From the NCBI RefSeq assembly GCF_006345805.1, contig NW_021835396.1, positions 1 through 40,661 of the forward strand: 40,661 bases of DNA. Reading direction: 5' to 3'. Below are positions 36,341 to 40,661 of this stretch, piece after piece. The position numbers and the translations under genes were made by a program. The notes below the pieces were generated by a model that was not told the origin of the DNA, searched no databases, and saw only the letters and a list, made by a program, of their open reading frames with translations. Source of the stretch: Octopus sinensis (Eukaryota). The first letter of the stretch is position 1. Each line of letters opens with the position of its first letter.

Positions 36341-37715
36341 ATTCCTATTTATACATATATATATACATATATATTATATATATATATTGTATAAAGGATC
36401 GTGGGTAATGCCAAAATAATGCGAAGTACATGCAAGTTAAATCACAAGAAAACAAATATGTGATTTCATATAGACTTACCTTGTATTCAATATTTCGGGT
36501 GTAATGACACATTTTTCAAGAAATAGACGAATGTACTTCTTATATTATTATTATTATTATTTGGGCAGCTTATTTGCCCTTTTCAGAACTAATTCTTGCG
36601 TAACAAGGCTTGCTCGCGAGGAATTCGCGTTTACTTGTTTGAGGATTTACCTGCCTCTACAATATATGCATTTGCTTTTTTTTATTTTTTTATATTTTAA
36701 TTTTTTTTTCATCTGCTCCAAGTAGGCATATAGCTATACATTTTCTAAATTCTCTGATTTTATTATTTCAACCAGTTGATTCTTTGTAAACAATATATGA
36801 ATTTACAATTGATAATCCTAACAACAGCTCTATTCCGAGCTTTCGGTACCATTTGATACGTTTTTCTTAGAATTGTAACATATGAAGCTAACTGGTCTGA
36901 GGTATCTATTTCTACTTTACATTTATTATAAGCGAATACTATCTCTGGTTTCCTGACAGATCCTGCAATTTGTCTTCTTTTTCTTGGAGGTTCTGAAGAA
37001 GGACCAGGCATGTCTGGAGGTATGCTAGCTCGTTTATTTTGTATTTCCACCATATTTATACCATGCTAAGTTGATAACATTCTTACATCTCGTTTATCTT
37101 TCAATTTCAAAATGACTATTCCATTGTCATCATCAAGTGCGGACATCTCACTCTTTTTTAATGTGCCATTCAATACTGCGTTTGGATTATTTTTTAATAT
37201 TTTTTCATACTTTTCCAACAATGTGTGTCCTTTTTGTCAAAGAATTTTTTGGCTAAGTCGTAACGCGTGAGAAAATTATCTACAGAGAGTGTTCTTCCTC
37301 CATTCATCAAATGCTTTTCTAAGTTCTCACAAACATTGTACACCAATCCTTTGTCTTTTTCGCCGGATTTGTTCTGGCCACTATAAACTGATAATTTGAG
37401 TATATATCCATTTAGAGCACAAAGTTTGAATAGCTTTATTCCATATTTACAGTTTTTATTAGGGATATATTGTTTAAATATTAGGCGACCCCTCCACGCG
37501 CCCATTGTTTCGTCAACAATTATTTCTTCTCCTGGAAAGTAGATCGCCATATAAATTTTCTTCAAAGCATCAATCAATGGCTGAATTTTAGCTAGTCTGT
37601 CATCTTTGTCTGCTTGTTCATTATCTGAACAGTGAAAACAGTTTAGCAGAATTTGAAACCTGTTTCTAGATAGTGGTTTCCCTTTCGCGGTTATTGGGGT
37701 TATAAATAACAGATC

Positions 37716-37943
37716 CGTAAAGTATACTAGCCATCTCAATATGGCTAACCACTAAGGGTGGTGTTTACTGTAGCTTTTAGCCCCAGGAGATCAATCGTCT
37801 CCAGCTGGCTTTAGACACACTTTCCTGGGGCTAAAAGCTACAGTAACACCCACCCTTAGTGGTTAGCCATATTGCGATGGCTAGTATACTTTACGTTGTC
37901 GTGCAGTTACTGTTTACATCTCGTTCAGAGATTTATTATTGCT
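37716..37943. mobile_element. 228-bp hairpin insertion with 13-bp TSD inside the piggyBac
   Basis: 73-bp arms at 37716-37788 and 37823-37895, a 34-nt loop and a 48-nt unpaired tail. Direct repeat TAAATAACAGATC at 37703-37715 and 37944-37956. Confidence 0.85.
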
Positions 37944-38327
37944 TAAATAACAGATCGTTTGTCTAGTATTCAAGCATAGCACCTTTATTCAACCCCATCC
38001 CTAGTAGTAAACCTAGGAATACCTTAATTTCTTGTGCAGTTGTATTTACCCATCTATTTATTCTGGACTTGGGTTTTATCGGTCTTTTAGCGTTTGGTTG
38101 ACTTCTTCTTATCTTTTCTTGAGCAGCAAATAGGTTAGTTTGTTCAACAGCCATATCAAGCATTTTATCATTTACAAATAAATTGAAAACTTCTATCGGT
38201 GTGATATCAGGTTGCAGAGGTATTTGAATACCATTCTTCCTATAAATGGAAATACTTTTTGTCTATTATTAAATTAAGTCCAATTTGGCATTGTTTCTAA
38301 AGCACTTACGTCTAAAGCACTTACGTC

Positions 38328-38762
38328 GTCTTCTTCTTCTTCTTCTACTTATTCTTCTTCCTTCTTCTTCTTCCATTCTTCTCTTCTCTCTCTTCTTGTC
38401 TTCTTCTCTTCTTATTCTTCATCTCTTCTTCTTCTTGTTCTTCTTCCTTTCCTTTTTCCTTCTTCCTCTTCTTATTTTTCCTCTTCCTCTTCTCCTTTCT
38501 TTCTTTTCTCTTCTTCTCTCTTCTGCTTTCTTCTTCTTCTTCTTTTTCTTCTTCTTTTCCTTCTTCTTCTTCTTCTTCTTCTTGTTTTTCTTCTTGTTCT
38601 TCTTGTGCTTCTTCTTCATCTTCTCTTCTTCTTCATCTTCTTCTTGTTCTTCTTCTTCTTCATCTTTCTTCTCTCTTCTTCTCTTCTTCTTCCTCTTCTT
38701 CTTCTTCTTCTTGTTCTTCTTGTTCTTCCTCTTCTTCTTCCTCCTCTTTTCCTCCTCTTTGA
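38328..38762. repeat. Degenerate (TTC)n/(GAA)n trinucleotide tract of about 430 bp
   Basis: Direct reading; lies within the acidic N-terminal region of the piggyBac. Confidence 0.95.
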
Positions 38763-39154
38763 TCATCTTCAAAAATACGATTATTTAGCTCTTCATTCAA
38801 ATCTTCTTCGGCATCATCCATAAACTTCAGTTCTTGTACAGAACTACCACTGTCTTCAACATAAGGATAATCTTCACTTCCACATTCTTCGGAATTTTCC
38901 CTTAGTCTTTTGTTAATTTTTGAAGAAGTTAAATAAAATTTTTCTGTTCATTTCTTGTTATTTCTAAATTATATTTTACAATTTTATTATTGTTGTAACA
39001 AAATAATCTACAAAACAAGAATAGAAACAAATAAAATAAGCATATTCGTATATACTAATGATTATTTATTTGACGTTTTTACACAGGGAGGAGTGTGTAT
39101 ACAATATGTGTATAAATGGCACACATGTAAGAATTTTTACCAATTTCTACTATC

Positions 39155-39535
39155 ATCAATATCTATAACGCTGTAATGCGAAAAAGTTGTTTGATTTCTT
39201 GGTTATTTGTCTCATTTGGGGATGGGAATGGTTTAAGGGGCAGTAGATGGAGTCGGATTGGCGCCAAAATTTACACTGGGGGTAAAATGGGGCGGGCAAT
39301 GGTGTGAGGAGGGTTGCAAGTCGCTCGGGGCTACCGTTTGGTTGCCATGGTGAGGAATATGGGGAAAATTGTGTTTTAAAGAAGATAAAGACGAAGAAAA
39401 TAAGAAAAAGAAAAAGAAGAGGACAATAAAAGAAACCAAGCAAAGACGAACAAAAGAAGAAAGATAAAAGGAGACAACACGCACAAAACAACACCACCAC
39501 AAAAACCCGAGCGAAGCACGGGTCAAAATGGCTAG
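39155..39535 (+). mobile_element. Non-autonomous Helitron-like element (5' end approximate)
   Basis: 3' hairpin ACCCG-AGCGAAGCA-CGGGT, an 8-nt spacer and CTAG|T. Candidate A|TC starts at 39153 or 39162. Confidence 0.6.
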
Positions 39536-40128
39536 TCCAAATATTAAAACTGACATACTAAGCATTTGAAAAAAAACCACGTCTGGCACATGGGACCGAT
39601 TTACACATTTGCCATTGGCACTCAACATGTTAAGCGGTGGAGGTATCATTATCAAATACGTCAGATTAAGCTTAAATAGAATAAAGGAAAATGTAAAGAA
39701 GCGTGTAGAATTTGGAGGGAGAAAAATTAAAAACAACTGAAGATGTGAATTATAGCAAGTGAGAAAAGAGAAAGATAGAGATATAAAAAGCTATAAAGTG
39801 AGAACATGTGGGTACGAAGAGCGAGGGATAAAGAGAGGGGAATAAATTAAGGTCGAATGAAGTAGTGAAGGTAATCGGAAAGTATAATATATGAATGTCA
39901 GTAGGAGAAATTAAAAGAATAGGAATGATATGAAATAAGAACAGCAAGGAAGAAAAGGAGAAATGGGTAAAGTATATAGGGAAGCGTGAAGATAAAAGCG
40001 AGAGAAAGGAATATATATATATATATAATATTATATAATATTAATCGAGACAAAACCACTATTTTGCAAAACAAACAAGGAAAGACTTAATCAACTACAT
40101 TAAAATTTTAATATAAAGAAATAAACCG

Positions 40129-40171
40129 CCACTACAATCGTTTCATGTCTTCAATGACATTCGTCAGGTGG
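40129..40171 (-). ncRNA. Intact minimal type I hammerhead ribozyme
   Basis: CCAC CUGACGA AUGUC auugaa GACAU GAAAC gauu GUA GUGG. All core nucleotides are present, stem I has 4 bp, stem II has 5 bp, stem III has 2 bp, and the cleavage triplet is GUA. Confidence 0.85.
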
Positions 40172-40238
40172 ATTTTCGATCCCTAATCTGTTTTAAATTT
40201 AGACTGCATAAATTAAAACAGATTAGGAGATCGAAAAT

Positions 40239-40281
40239 CCCCCTGACGAATGTCATTGAAGACATGAAACGATTGTAGTGG
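40239..40281 (+). ncRNA. Minimal type I hammerhead ribozyme (one stem I mismatch)
   Basis: CCCC CUGACGA AUGUC auugaa GACAU GAAAC gauu GUA GUGG. Confidence 0.75.
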
Positions 40282-40510
40282 CGGTTTATTTCTTTATATC
40301 AAAAATTTTTAATGTATTGATTGTCTTTCCTTGTTTGTTTTGCAATAGTGGTTTTGTCTCGAATTAATATTATCTAAATATTTTACTATAAAATTGGATT
40401 TAATCCTAAATCTGATTTTTTCCCTGTAAATTTGGATTTATTCCCTAATATTTATTATTATTATTATATATATATATATATTATATAAGACATATATATA
40501 TAATATATAT

Positions 40511-40568
<58 letters not shown>

Positions 40569-40661
40569 AGAATTCATACACAAAAAAAAACGAAACAGAG
40601 GTGGTGTAGACAACAAACAACATATATTGGCTTAACGCTCGGGAAGTGGAAATTTTTTTAA

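Larger units (their letters stand above)
36470..38950 (-). pseudogene. Decayed piggyBac (PGBD4-like) transposase
   Basis: Acidic N-terminus; TPIEVFNLFVNDKMLDMAVEQTN; LSRNRFQILL; IVDETM (first Asp); QYIPNK..KYGIKLF; VDNFLT (second Asp); YNKCKVEIDTSDQ (third Asp); degenerate C-terminal Cys-rich region (PCYARISSEKG). Multiple frameshifts; TIRs not located. Confidence 0.9.
40041..40468. mobile_element. Foldback non-autonomous element with two hammerheads (family H1, copy 2, reverse orientation)
   Basis: Arms at about 40041-40200 and 40210-40367. The extension at 40368-40468 is the reverse complement of 2918-3001. Flanked by (TA)n. Confidence 0.88.

Noticed and set aside
38285-38823. Poly-F/L/S and poly-K/R ORFs
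   Set aside because: Alternative frames of the (TTC)n tract.
36360-39240. piggyBac TIRs with TTAA target duplication
   Set aside because: No matching TTAA-CC.../...GG-TTAA pair could be identified by eye.

Overview
This is AT-rich eukaryotic genomic DNA saturated with (TA)n, (CA)n, (TACA)n and (GATA)n microsatellites and with tRNA-derived SINEs. The SINE types and the microsatellite load point to an octopus (inference, not a database match). Almost all ORFs in the supplied track are microsatellite artefacts, and no intact protein-coding gene is evident. Recognisable coding remnants are all decayed transposons: two Tc1 fragments, two DD37D (maT) elements, a piggyBac, and the 3' end of an RLE-type LINE. 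Non-autonomous elements include three Helitron-like elements, several MITE/foldback elements and many SINE copies from at least four families. One 7-codon first exon with a YY1/ETS promoter motif is a candidate host gene start at 21194. The main unexplained signal is a set of type I hammerhead ribozyme (HHR) folds in at least three unrelated non-coding repeat families. They lie at 2.9-3.3 kb and 40.0-40.5 kb (one family, with compensatory changes in stem II), at 6.4-7.4 kb (a CCGAUGA core variant) and at 16.2 kb. Most occur as back-to-back inverted pairs inserted in TA microsatellites. The architecture fits non-autonomous Penelope-like or retrozyme-type elements, but no autonomous partner is present in the window. 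All folds were paired by eye and activity is untested.
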